A stretch of 64,000 nucleotides of DNA from Escherichia coli (GCF_048403405.1 NZ_CP183129.1), one strand, 5' to 3'. Shown: positions 22,894 to 32,778, counted from the stretch's first letter. The notes: generated by a model not told the origin, from the letters alone. Made by a program: numbers and translations.

Positions 22894-24402
22894 TTAGTTA
22901 GCACAGGCCACTGTCATTTCTGTCGGGCGCGGTCTGCTCATTACGGTTTTAATTTCGTCGCGCAGGATTTGCGATTTGCCGCCAAATATCACCTGTACAC
23001 CGCCATCACCCAGTTTCACTAACCCCGCAGCCCCCAACTCCTTCAGCCGTTTTTCATTCACTTTCTTATCGTCTACCAGCGCCAGCCTCAGGCGTGTTGC
23101 GCAGGCATCCACATCTTCGATATTGTCGAAACCACCTACTGCTTCGATGATTTGGTATGGACGTTCTTCGCGCGTTAATGTGGTTGCAACGGCAATCTCT
23201 TCATCCTCACGTCCCGGTGTTTTCAGATTCAACTTGCGGATCAGTACCCGAAATACGGTGTAGTAAATCGCTGCATAGCCCGCGCCTGCCAGGAACACCA
23301 GATACCACGGCGTGCGGTTTGGCATAACGCCATTCAGTACGAAATCAATAAGACCGCCAGCAAAAGGATGACCAATGTGCACATTCAGGATGTTCATCAG
23401 CACAAATGAAGTGGCATATAAGAAGATGTGAATGATGTAGAGAACCGGAGCTGCAAACAAAAATGCATATTCCAGCGGCTCCGTAATCCCGGTAACAAAT
23501 GTGGTCAGCGCACCGGAGAGTAAAAGGCCTTTAATCAGCGCCTTACGTTCCGGTTTTGCTTCCTGATACATCGCCAACGCGGCGGCAGGTAACGCAAACA
23601 TCATGATCGGGAAACGACCTGTCATAAACAGCCCCGCCGTCAACGGAACACCGTCGCGCAATTGGGCAAAGAACACCGGAATATCGCCCGTCACCAGTTG
23701 CCCGGATTTGGTCATGTAGTCGCCAAAGTTGTAATAAAACGGCACGTTCCAGATATGATGCAGGCCAAAAGGAATCAGCGAACGTTCGCCAACGGCGTAA
23801 ATAAAGGCCGCGAAGTTCGCGTTATGCCCACTGGTCACCAGCGTTGAAAGCGACGCCAGACCTTTTTGTACCGGTATCCACAGCCACGGCAATAAATAGC
23901 CGACAATAATTGCCGCCACCGCCGTAATAATCGGTACAAAGCGTTTTCCACCGAAGAAACCAAGAAACTGAGGCAATTCAATATTGTGGAAGCGGGTATA
24001 GAGCAGATAAACAAAGATGGCGACAATCAAACCGCCAAACACTCCCGTTTGTAACGTCGGTACCCCGAGGATCATCGCATAGTCACCGTTACTGGCTGCA
24101 ACGGACTCCGCGGTAATGCCAAGTTGCGTTCCCATCGTGGCATTCATGATCATGTAACTGATAATCGCTGAAAGTGATGAAGAACCATCACCTGTCAGGC
24201 CAATCACAATACCGACACAAAACAGCAAAGGAAGGTTGGCGAAAATCAGGCCGCCGCAATTCGCCAGCAGCTCAATGTTAAATGAAATCCCGATGGCTAA
24301 AATCAAACCCGCCGCCGGAAGAATGGCGATTGGTAACATCAGAGCAGAAGAAAATTTCTGCAACTTCTTGAAGTTAAACAAGGATGTTATTTTTTTGCTC
24401 AT
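22894..24402 (-). CDS. PTS glucose-family EIICB component (EIIC domain followed by EIIB domain)
   Basis: 502-aa ORF: polytopic EIIC region, then a C-terminal EIIB domain with the phosphocysteine motif DACATRLRL. No EIIA domain. Confidence 0.85.
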   Translation of the reverse strand: MSKKITSLFNFKKLQKFSSALMLPIAILPAAGLILAIGISFNIELLANCGGLIFANLPLLFCVGIVIGLTGDGSSSLSAIISYMIMNATMGTQLGITAESVAASNGDYAMILGVPTLQTGVFGGLIVAIFVYLLYTRFHNIELPQFLGFFGGKRFVPIITAVAAIIVGYLLPWLWIPVQKGLASLSTLVTSGHNANFAAFIYAVGERSLIPFGLHHIWNVPFYYNFGDYMTKSGQLVTGDIPVFFAQLRDGVPLTAGLFMTGRFPIMMFALPAAALAMYQEAKPERKALIKGLLLSGALTTFVTGITEPLEYAFLFAAPVLYIIHIFLYATSFVLMNILNVHIGHPFAGGLIDFVLNGVMPNRTPWYLVFLAGAGYAAIYYTVFRVLIRKLNLKTPGREDEEIAVATTLTREERPYQIIEAVGGFDNIEDVDACATRLRLALVDDKKVNEKRLKELGAAGLVKLGDGGVQVIFGGKSQILRDEIKTVMSRPRPTEMTVACAN

Positions 24403-24443
24403 TTTTATTCTCCTGTAGGGTATCGAGCAAATAACGGCGACGA

Positions 24444-25001
24444 CTATTCCAGATTGGCGTGGCGCTTAAACAGTTCACTTTCCGGCGCACCACTTTCAGC
24501 AGCCATCTTCATCACTAATGCATCGGCAATCACCAGCAAAGCTTGCTCATACAACGACGCCATCGGCTGTGCCGAGCGGAAAACAGAATCTTTTTGATTT
24601 TTGGAAGGGGCATTGATTTGCACGATGACGTCGACAAACTCGGTGATAGTGGCGTGTCGATTCGTGGTTAACACCGCCACAGCGCCGCCAAGCTGACGTG
24701 CTTTTTTCGCCAGTGCCACCAGTTGTGCTGTCTCACCGGAAGCGGAAGAAACGATAAACAGATCGCCAGGCCCAAAGTTCGGCGTAATGGTTTCCGTCAG
24801 AAAGTAAACCTCTTTTCCCATATGCATCAGGCGCATGGTGAAGGCTTTCATGGAAAAGCCGGCGCGTCCCAGGCCATAGCAGAAAACGCGCTGGCTTTGC
24901 TGAATAGCGTCGATCAATTTGGTGCAGTCATCCTCACGGATAGAGTCCTTAACGAAGGTTAATTCATTGATGATCTCAGTGATGTACAGCTTTGCGTCCA
25001 T
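24444..25001 (-). CDS. SIS-domain sugar-phosphate isomerase resembling 6-phospho-3-hexuloisomerase (PHI/HxlB-like)
   Basis: ORF open to 25013; start placed at the second Met (MDAKLYITEII), which has a GAGGTG SD about 6 nt upstream. About 185 aa with FTMRLMHMG, SASGET and C-terminal HANLE, as in PHI/HxlB as I recall it. Confidence 0.7.
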   Translation of the reverse strand: MDAKLYITEIINELTFVKDSIREDDCTKLIDAIQQSQRVFCYGLGRAGFSMKAFTMRLMHMGKEVYFLTETITPNFGPGDLFIVSSASGETAQLVALAKKARQLGGAVAVLTTNRHATITEFVDVIVQINAPSKNQKDSVFRSAQPMASLYEQALLVIADALVMKMAAESGAPESELFKRHANLE

Positions 25002-25307
25002 TTCACACCTCATGAAATAATTTTCTCAAACACAAAATCTCATGAAATTTTATTTCATTCCAATGCATCAGTATGAAATGTGAAGCTAGTCACAAGAAAG
25101 ATCATAGGTTGATATGTTTTTCATTAAAAAACATATAGATATCAAGTAATTTTTAATATGTGATGGAGAGGCAGATAGAAAAAATGGCGGAAATGACGAA
25201 ATTTATTTCATGAGAAGGGAATAAAGAAGATTTTCTTAAACAGGGTATGAACTGATATCTGGAATGGTTTACGCAGTATGCTGGGAAGACGTCGCTGTAA
25301 TGAGAAA

Positions 25308-25338
25308 AGACCGGGTGGTATTACCACCCGGTTTGGAT
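25308..25338 (-). terminator. Rho-independent terminator downstream of metE
   Basis: ACCGGGTGG-TATT-ACCACCCGGT palindrome just 3' of the metE stop, flanked by T-rich tracts in both orientations. Confidence 0.5.
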
Positions 25339-25339
25339 T

Positions 25340-27601
25340 TTACCCCCGACGCAAATTCTGCGCCGCCTGCACCATGTTCGCCAGTGCCGCGCGAGTTTCT
25401 GGCCAGCCGCGCGTTTTCAGGCCACAGTCCGGGTTGACCCACAGACGCTCTGCCGGAATGCGTTTTGCCGCTTTCTTCAGCAAGGCTTCAATCCATTCCA
25501 CGCTCGGTACGTTTGGCGAGTGAATGTCATAGACGCCAGGACCGATTTCATTTGGATAATCAAACTCTTCAAACGACTCCAGCAACTCCATGTCGGAACG
25601 CGAGGTTTCGATGGTGATGACGTCTGCGTCCAGCGCCGCAATCGAATCCATGATGTCGTTGAACTCGCAGTAACACATGTGAGTGTGGATTTGTGTGTCA
25701 TCTTTCGCCACGGCGGCGTTGATACGGAAAGCCTCTACGCCCCACTGGAGATATGCATCCCAGTCGCTACGACGCAGCGGTAAACCTTCGCGCAGCGCCG
25801 GTTCATCAATCTGAATGATGCCAATTCCAGCGGCTTCCAGGTCCGCGACTTCATCACGCAGCGCCAGCGCAATTTGTTTGGCGATGGTTTCACGGCTGAC
25901 ATCTTCACGCGGGAACGACCAGCAGAGAATGGTCACTGGGCCAGTCAGCATCCCTTTCACCGGTTTATCAGTCAGCGATTGCGCATACTTCGCCCACTCC
26001 ACGGTAATCGGTGCCGGGCGGCTAACGTCACCAATAACAATCGGTGGCTTCACGCAGCGGGAACCGTAGCTCTGTACCCAACCGTTTTGCGTAAAGACAA
26101 AGCCATCCAGATGCTCGCCAAAGTATTCCACCATGTCATTACGCTCGGCCTCGCCATGTACCAGCACATCCAGTCCCAAACGTTCCTGCTCAACAATGGC
26201 CTGCTTGATATGTTCCGCAATGCCCGTGCGGTAGTTGTTAGCGTCGAGATTACCCTTTTTAAAATCCAGACGCAGGGTACGAATCTCCGTGGTTTGCGGG
26301 AAGGAACCAATCGTGGTGGTCGGCCACGCGGGCAGTTTAAAACGCGCACGCTGGGCTTCAGCACGCACTTCATAGACATTCGCACGCTGACTGTCCTGGG
26401 CGGTGATCGCCGCCAGACGCTTTTCTACTGCCGGATTATGAACACGAGTAGAGTGACGACGCGCCTGAATCGGAGCGCTCCACTCTGCCAGAGCAGCCGT
26501 GTCACCACTGTTCAGCGCATCGCGCAGCAGTGCCAGTTCATGACATTTTTGCAGGGCGAAGGCAAACCAGCTTTTCACTTCTGCATCAAGACGCGTTTCC
26601 ACGCTCAGGTCGATGGGGCTGTGCAGCAGTGAGCAGGAAGATGCCACCCACAAATCGCGTTTGCCGACAATGTCCTTAATTTGCGCATACTTCTCGGTAA
26701 GATCGGCGCGCCAGACGTTACGACCATTGATCAGACCCGCAGACAGTAGCCAGTCAGAAGGCAGACGCTTGTGCAGTTCAGCAACGTCATCTTTACCATG
26801 TACAAGGTCCACATGCAGCCCCTGAACAGGCAGCGCAGTAATCGTGTCGAGATTTGGCGTTACGCCTTCAAAATAGGTAGTCAGCAGCAGTTTCACCTGG
26901 CCCTGAAGCGCGTCGTAAGCGGGTTTGTATGCGTCCAGCCACGCCTGCGGTAGTTCCAGTACCAGTGCGGGTTCGTCGATCTGTACCCACTCAATGCCGC
27001 GTTTTGCCAGTTCTGCCAGTACTTGCTGATAAACCGGCAGAATGTCGTTTAGCAGGCTCAGGCGGTCAAACTGTTCACCTTTCACTTTCCCAAGCCATAG
27101 GTAGGTAACCGGCCCCAGCAGCACAGGTTTCACCTTGTGGCCCAGCGCCAGCGCCTCGTCCACTTCCTCCAGCAGCTGCGTCCAGGTCAGTTTGAACTGC
27201 TGGCCTTTAACGAACTCCGGCACCATGTAGTGATAGTTGGTGTTAAACCATTTGGTCATTTCCGCTGCCGCCGCAGGTTCGCCAGTCGGCGCACGTCCAC
27301 GACCAATACGGAACAGGGTGTCGATATCTACCGAACCATCTTTGTTCTGATGACGTGGCGGAACATTACCCAGCAGCAGACTGGTGGTCAGTACATGATC
27401 GTACCAGGCAAAATCGCCCACCGGCAGCAGGTCGATACCCGCCTGCTTTTGTTGATCCCAGTGACGGGCACGCAGTTCACGCCCTACTGCCAGCAGTTCT
27501 TCACGCGTGGAGTTCCCCGCCCAATAACTCTCTTGCGCTTTTTTCAGCTCGCGACGCAGGCCAACGCGAGGGAAACCGAGGGTGTGATTAAGAATTGTCA
27601 T
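25340..27601 (-). CDS. metE: Cobalamin-independent methionine synthase MetE
   Basis: 753-aa ORF starting [29 protein letters not shown]; canonical MetE length and sequence. Confidence 0.96.
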   Translation of the reverse strand: MTILNHTLGFPRVGLRRELKKAQESYWAGNSTREELLAVGRELRARHWDQQKQAGIDLLPVGDFAWYDHVLTTSLLLGNVPPRHQNKDGSVDIDTLFRIGRGRAPTGEPAAAAEMTKWFNTNYHYMVPEFVKGQQFKLTWTQLLEEVDEALALGHKVKPVLLGPVTYLWLGKVKGEQFDRLSLLNDILPVYQQVLAELAKRGIEWVQIDEPALVLELPQAWLDAYKPAYDALQGQVKLLLTTYFEGVTPNLDTITALPVQGLHVDLVHGKDDVAELHKRLPSDWLLSAGLINGRNVWRADLTEKYAQIKDIVGKRDLWVASSCSLLHSPIDLSVETRLDAEVKSWFAFALQKCHELALLRDALNSGDTAALAEWSAPIQARRHSTRVHNPAVEKRLAAITAQDSQRANVYEVRAEAQRARFKLPAWPTTTIGSFPQTTEIRTLRLDFKKGNLDANNYRTGIAEHIKQAIVEQERLGLDVLVHGEAERNDMVEYFGEHLDGFVFTQNGWVQSYGSRCVKPPIVIGDVSRPAPITVEWAKYAQSLTDKPVKGMLTGPVTILCWSFPREDVSRETIAKQIALALRDEVADLEAAGIGIIQIDEPALREGLPLRRSDWDAYLQWGVEAFRINAAVAKDDTQIHTHMCYCEFNDIMDSIAALDADVITIETSRSDMELLESFEEFDYPNEIGPGVYDIHSPNVPSVEWIEALLKKAAKRIPAERLWVNPDCGLKTRGWPETRAALANMVQAAQNLRRG

Positions 27602-27718
27602 TATATGCCCCTTATGGAATTTTTAGTATTTAGCCGTCCAGATGTTTACACATCCATAATTGGCGGTTACTGTATATTCCTCAAGCGCAAATTATTCATG
27701 CCGAAGTGAAGGACTTTC

Positions 27719-28672
27719 ATGATCGAAGTAAAACACCTGAAAACGCTACAAGCGTTGCGGAACTGCGGCTCGCTCGCAGCCGCTGCGGCGACGTTGCATC
27801 AGACGCAATCCGCCCTATCTCACCAGTTTAGCGATCTGGAACAACGCCTTGGCTTCCGGCTATTTGTGCGTAAGAGCCAGCCGCTTCGCTTTACACCGCA
27901 GGGAGAAATCCTGTTGCAACTGGCAAACCAGGTGCTGCCACAAATTAGCCAGGCACTGCAAGCCTGCAATGAACCGCAGCAGACGCGTCTGCGCATCGCC
28001 ATTGAGTGCCATAGCTGTATACAGTGGCTGACGCCCGCGTTAGAAAATTTCCATAAGAACTGGCCGCAGGTCGAGATGGACTTTAAATCGGGCGTGACGT
28101 TTGACCCGCAGCCTGCGTTGCAACAGGGCGAGCTGGATCTGGTGATGACGTCAGATATTCTGCCGCGCAGTGGCCTGCATTATTCGCCGATGTTCGACTA
28201 TGAAGTACGCCTGGTGTTAGCACCTGACCATCCATTGGCGGCAAAAACGCGTATTACACCGGAAGATCTCGCCAGCGAGACGCTGTTGATTTATCCGGTG
28301 CAGCGTAGCCGACTGGATGTCTGGCGGCATTTTCTTCAGCCGGCAGGCGTCAGCCCGTCACTGAAAAGCGTCGATAACACCTTATTGTTGATTCAGATGG
28401 TTGCCGCGCGGATGGGTATTGCCGCCCTGCCGCATTGGGTAGTAGAGAGTTTTGAGCGCCAGGGTCTGGTGGTGACCAAAACCCTGGGCGAAGGCTTGTG
28501 GAGCCGACTGTACGCCGCCGTGCGCGATGGCGAGCAGCGTCAGCCGATTACTGAAGCGTTTATTCGCTCAGCGCGCAATCACGCCTGCGATCATCTGCCG
28601 TTTGTGAAGAGCGCGGAGCGACCCACTTACGATGCACCCACAGTGAGGCCAGGATCACCAGCGCGCCTGTAA
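27719..28672 (+). CDS. metR: LysR-family regulator MetR
   Basis: 317-aa ORF starting [45 protein letters not shown], divergent from metE. Confidence 0.95.
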   Translation: MIEVKHLKTLQALRNCGSLAAAAATLHQTQSALSHQFSDLEQRLGFRLFVRKSQPLRFTPQGEILLQLANQVLPQISQALQACNEPQQTRLRIAIECHSCIQWLTPALENFHKNWPQVEMDFKSGVTFDPQPALQQGELDLVMTSDILPRSGLHYSPMFDYEVRLVLAPDHPLAAKTRITPEDLASETLLIYPVQRSRLDVWRHFLQPAGVSPSLKSVDNTLLLIQMVAARMGIAALPHWVVESFERQGLVVTKTLGEGLWSRLYAAVRDGEQRQPITEAFIRSARNHACDHLPFVKSAERPTYDAPTVRPGSPARL

Positions 28673-29459
28673 TGAACGTTGGCCAGTGCGGCTGTTGGTG
28701 CCAGATAGCCAGGTTTACCAGCAGCCCTGCCGGAACGTGCATATTATTCATAATACCCAGCGTTCCGGCGTCTACTTGGGTTGCGCCGTAGTTCCACATA
28801 AAGTAGCCAATCCCGGAAGCCACCACGCCAAGAAACACCAGAATGCCCCATTGCAACGTGGTTTGCGGCATTTTCTGCGCATTTCCCAGCAAGAACCATG
28901 CAATCACCGCCACCAGGAACGCGCCAAGATAGAACCACGCAAAGGCGTTATGCTGCGGCATCGGGCGAGTTTCCATCAGGCGTTTGTAACCCACCATGCC
29001 GATGGCAAATGTGATATTGGAGAGTTGCACCAGCAGCAAGCCAGTCCAGAAATGGTCGGTGACCTGATCATAGCGAATAATCCCGGCACCAATCACCGCC
29101 AGCAAGGCGCTAAAAGCATAGCCCCAGCGCAGACGGCGCTTACTCATGATGTCATAAATCAGCGTGATGTAGAGCGGCGTCAGTACGGTGAACAGCAGCA
29201 GTTCGGAGACCGTCAGGTAGAGATAGGCGCGGAAACTCAGCATATACATCACGCCGAGCTGCATCGCGCCCACCAGCATATACAGGCCGACCGTTTTCAG
29301 GCTATTGCCACGGGTACGCAGAAACGGCAGAAAAACGAGTGCCGCCAGGCCAACGCGCACCAGCACCGCAAAATAGCTATCGACGTGCCCCGCAAGGTAC
29401 TCGCCATAAAAGCTAAAGGAGAAGGCCCACAGAATCGTGGTGATGATAAGTAGCGCCAC
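28560..29459 (-). CDS. yigM: EamA/DMT-family transporter YigM
   Basis: 299-aa polytopic membrane protein convergent with metR; the 3' ends overlap by 113 bp. Confidence 0.85.
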   Translation of the reverse strand: MALLIITTILWAFSFSFYGEYLAGHVDSYFAVLVRVGLAALVFLPFLRTRGNSLKTVGLYMLVGAMQLGVMYMLSFRAYLYLTVSELLLFTVLTPLYITLIYDIMSKRRLRWGYAFSALLAVIGAGIIRYDQVTDHFWTGLLLVQLSNITFAIGMVGYKRLMETRPMPQHNAFAWFYLGAFLVAVIAWFLLGNAQKMPQTTLQWGILVFLGVVASGIGYFMWNYGATQVDAGTLGIMNNMHVPAGLLVNLAIWHQQPHWPTFITGALVILASLWVHRKWVAPRSSQTADDRRRDCALSE

Positions 29460-29534
29460 AATGGAAAACTCTTTGATTAACGAGTATCCATTGTAGCGAA
29501 GTATCAGGTTGACAACTGACCAAATAAAGAACGA

Positions 29535-30335
29535 TTACGATAAATAGAGCTTACGCAGATAATGCGGCACTGCGTCTTCGGCGTTAGTACCAATCACTTC
29601 CAGCTCTGGATGCAGATCTTTCAGCCGTTGGTGCGCACTGCCCATAATGCAGCCTTTCCCCGCCATCGACAGCATTTCGGCGTCGTTCATCCCGTCACCA
29701 AACGCAATACAATCCTTCAGGCTGTAGCCCAGTTTCTTCGCCACTGCTTCCAACGCATGGCCTTTCGACACGCCGCCCGCCATCACTTCCAGACAGGTTA
29801 AGGTAGAGAAACTAACGTTGACGCGATCGCCCCAGCGAGCGTTGATCGCCTGCTCCAGCGGCAGCAGTTGTTCATGGGAATCGCAGGTGAAGAACACTTT
29901 GCTGACGCCTTCCGGCTCCAGTAATCCCGGCTCATACAGCGCATATTTGAACACCACTTCTTTAAAAAAGCGCATCTCTTCCGGGCGATGGCGATTCATA
30001 AACCATTCGTCGTCGCGATAAACGTTAGTAATGATGTCCGGATTGTCGTTGACTACGCCAAACAGATCGCTGGCAATGTCGCGATCCAGGTTATGAGCAA
30101 AAATCAGATTGCCATCCAGATCGTGAACGCGCGCGCCATTGGAGGTAATCATGTAAGACTTAATCTCCAGATTATCGCGAATTTGCCCCACATCAACGTG
30201 GTGACGACCGGTCGCAAACACAAAGTTGATGCCGCGCGCGGTGAGCAGCTTCAGAGTTTCTTTGGCGTAAGGGGATAACGTATGGTCGGGAGAAAGTAAC
30301 GTGCCATCTAAATCAGACGCAACAACCTGGTACAT
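29535..30335 (-). CDS. yigL: HAD-family (Cof-type) sugar phosphatase YigL
   Basis: ORF open to 30461; canonical start MYQVVASDLDGTLL (HAD motif I) is 8 nt downstream of the pldB stop. Confidence 0.85.
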   Translation of the reverse strand: MYQVVASDLDGTLLSPDHTLSPYAKETLKLLTARGINFVFATGRHHVDVGQIRDNLEIKSYMITSNGARVHDLDGNLIFAHNLDRDIASDLFGVVNDNPDIITNVYRDDEWFMNRHRPEEMRFFKEVVFKYALYEPGLLEPEGVSKVFFTCDSHEQLLPLEQAINARWGDRVNVSFSTLTCLEVMAGGVSKGHALEAVAKKLGYSLKDCIAFGDGMNDAEMLSMAGKGCIMGSAHQRLKDLHPELEVIGTNAEDAVPHYLRKLYLS

Positions 30336-30342
30336 AAGAAAT

Positions 30343-31365
30343 TTAAACCTCTGTAGAGCGGTTTCCGCTGGGTGAGTTATGCCTGTTGAAAAAATCAACG
30401 ATGGCGTGGAGCGCGACTGAGCGCATTGCGTCCTTTTCAAAAAGGATCTCATGGTACGCACCTTTAATTACCAACGGCCGTCCACCTTCGACAGGATGGC
30501 CCGCGGCGGTGCGGAGTTCACAAAAACGGTCGTGCATGCGGTTATCCACCACGCGTTCCTCTTCAGCTTGTAAGAGAAGCGTTGGCGTGGCGTCATCACC
30601 CGCACCGGCTAACACCTGTTCGCCAGCCAGAATACTTTCGCGTACCCAATGGTAGGTCGGCCCACCGACGCGAATCGTTGGGTCATCAGCATAGAAGCGT
30701 AAGTTACGTCGATATCGCTGTCTGCTGTGGGTCAGTACGTTGATAGCAAACGGCAACGCGCGCCAGCGCCCGGTGCCTATTGCATAGCCATCGCGGAAAC
30801 GTGGATGCGCTTCGGCCCAGTTGAGGATCTGCCGTGCCATAAATGACGGCATACGAATCACGATCCCAAACATTGGCGCAGTTAGCGCAATGGCGTCACA
30901 TACACCTGGATGGCGTTGCAGAAATAATGTGGAGATCGCACCGCCCATCGAGTGCGCCAGTATATAGCGTTTACGCCACGGACCGGGCTGAACCTCCTGT
31001 TGCCAGAATGCCGCCAGATCATCAACATAATCATTAAAGCGATTAACATGCCCGAGATGCGGATCGGCTAACAGGCGACCGGAACGTCCCTGCCCGCGAT
31101 GGTCGATGATTAAGACATCAAACCCTAAATGGAACAGGTCGTAAGCCAGTTCCGCATATTTTACGTAGCTCTCAATACGCCCCGGGCAGATGACTACCAC
31201 CCGGTCATGGTGCTGCGCGCGAAAACGGACAAAGCGCACCGGAATGTCATCCACACCAGTAAATTCTGCTTCATCACGCTGACGCCAGAAATCAGTCAGC
31301 GGTCCCATGGTAAAAGCAGCAAACGCGTTTTCTCTTGTTTCCCAGTCTTTTTGCTGCTGAAACAT
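30343..31365 (-). CDS. pldB: Lysophospholipase L2 PldB
   Basis: 340-aa alpha/beta hydrolase (AHSMGG nucleophile elbow) in the conserved pldB-yigL arrangement. Confidence 0.9.
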   Translation of the reverse strand: MFQQQKDWETRENAFAAFTMGPLTDFWRQRDEAEFTGVDDIPVRFVRFRAQHHDRVVVICPGRIESYVKYAELAYDLFHLGFDVLIIDHRGQGRSGRLLADPHLGHVNRFNDYVDDLAAFWQQEVQPGPWRKRYILAHSMGGAISTLFLQRHPGVCDAIALTAPMFGIVIRMPSFMARQILNWAEAHPRFRDGYAIGTGRWRALPFAINVLTHSRQRYRRNLRFYADDPTIRVGGPTYHWVRESILAGEQVLAGAGDDATPTLLLQAEEERVVDNRMHDRFCELRTAAGHPVEGGRPLVIKGAYHEILFEKDAMRSVALHAIVDFFNRHNSPSGNRSTEV

Positions 31366-31475
31366 CGGGTAATCTGCCTCTTAAACCACGTAAAATCGTT
31401 TTTTTAAGCGTGCCTGACACAACGCTGCGACAGTAGCGTATTGTGGCACAAAAATAGACACACCGGGAGTTCATC

Positions 31476-32096
31476 ATGACCTTAGAATGGTGGTTTGCCT
31501 ACCTGCTGACATCGATCATTTTAAGCCTGTCGCCAGGCTCTGGCGCAATCAACACCATGACCACCTCGCTCAACCACGGTTATCGCGGCGCGGTGGCGTC
31601 TATTGCTGGGCTTCAGACCGGACTGGCGATTCATATTGTGCTGGTTGGCGTGGGTTTGGGGACGCTATTTTCCCGCTCAGTGATTGCGTTTGAAGTGTTG
31701 AAGTGGGCAGGCGCAGCTTACTTGATTTGGCTGGGAATACAGCAATGGCGCGCCGCTGGTGCAATTGACCTTAAATCGCTAGCCTCTACTCAATCGCGCC
31801 GACATTTGTTCCAGCGCGCAGTGTTTGTGAATCTTACCAATCCCAAAAGTATTGTGTTTCTGGCAGCGCTATTTCCGCAATTCATCATGCCGCAACAGCC
31901 GCAGCTGATGCAGTATATCGTGCTCGGCGTCACCACTATTGTGGTCGATATTATTGTGATGATCGGTTACGCCACCCTTGCTCAACGGATTGCTCTATGG
32001 ATTAAAGGACCAAAGCAGATGAAGGCGCTGAATAAGATTTTCGGCTCGTTGTTTATGCTGGTGGGAGCGCTGTTAGCATCGGCGAGGCATGCGTGA
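31476..32096 (+). CDS. rhtB: Homoserine/homoserine-lactone exporter RhtB (LysE family)
   Basis: 206-aa LysE/RhtB-family membrane protein, divergent from pldB. Confidence 0.9.
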
Positions 32097-32104
32097 AAAA
32101 TAAT

Positions 32105-32134
32105 GTCGGATGCGGCGTAAACGCCTTATCCGAC
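32105..32134. repeat. REP (repetitive extragenic palindrome) element between rhtB and rhtC
   Basis: GTCGGATGCGGCGTAAACGCCTTATCCGAC, the typical enterobacterial REP consensus, between convergent genes. Confidence 0.5.
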
Positions 32135-32157
32135 TTACTCTGATGACGCGTCTGGCA

Positions 32158-32778
32158 TCAACGCGAAATAATCAAATGAATGCCAAATCCGGCAAATAAC
32201 GCCCCGGCAAAACCATCAATCCACTTCGCCAGACGTTGATAACCACGGCGCATTTGCGGCAGGGCAAACAGGCTGGCAACGACGGTAAACCATGCCAGCG
32301 TTTCGACAATAATCAGCGCGAAAATGCCCCAGCGCTCGGTGGTGCCGACGTTATCGCCGACAAACAATGAGAATACCGAACCAAAATAGATAATCGCTTT
32401 CGGATTGGCGAGATTGGTCAGTAAGCCCTTAAGAAAACTACGCCCGCTTTTCGCCAGTTCGACTTGTGGCGCAGGGGCAGAAACAACCTCTTTTTTCAGT
32501 GCACCACGTAGCATCTGGTAACCCATCCAGCAGAGATACAGGCCACCGCCCACCATAATCAGTGTATGCAGCCAGGCCATTTTTTCGATAATCAAATGCA
32601 GGCCAAGCAACGCAATCCCAGCCCAAACCATTACGCCGCAGGTAATGCCCAGCACGCCCATCATCGCTTCTTTACGGGAACGACTGACAGCGGTCTGAGA
32701 GACAAAAAAGAAATCGGGACCGGGGCTCATAAGCGCCACAATGTGCACCATGGCGACGGTGAGGAATAACATCAACAT
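32158..32778 (-). CDS. rhtC: Threonine exporter RhtC (LysE family)
   Basis: 206-aa LysE/RhtB-family paralog convergent with rhtB. Confidence 0.9.
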   Translation of the reverse strand: MLMLFLTVAMVHIVALMSPGPDFFFVSQTAVSRSRKEAMMGVLGITCGVMVWAGIALLGLHLIIEKMAWLHTLIMVGGGLYLCWMGYQMLRGALKKEVVSAPAPQVELAKSGRSFLKGLLTNLANPKAIIYFGSVFSLFVGDNVGTTERWGIFALIIVETLAWFTVVASLFALPQMRRGYQRLAKWIDGFAGALFAGFGIHLIISR

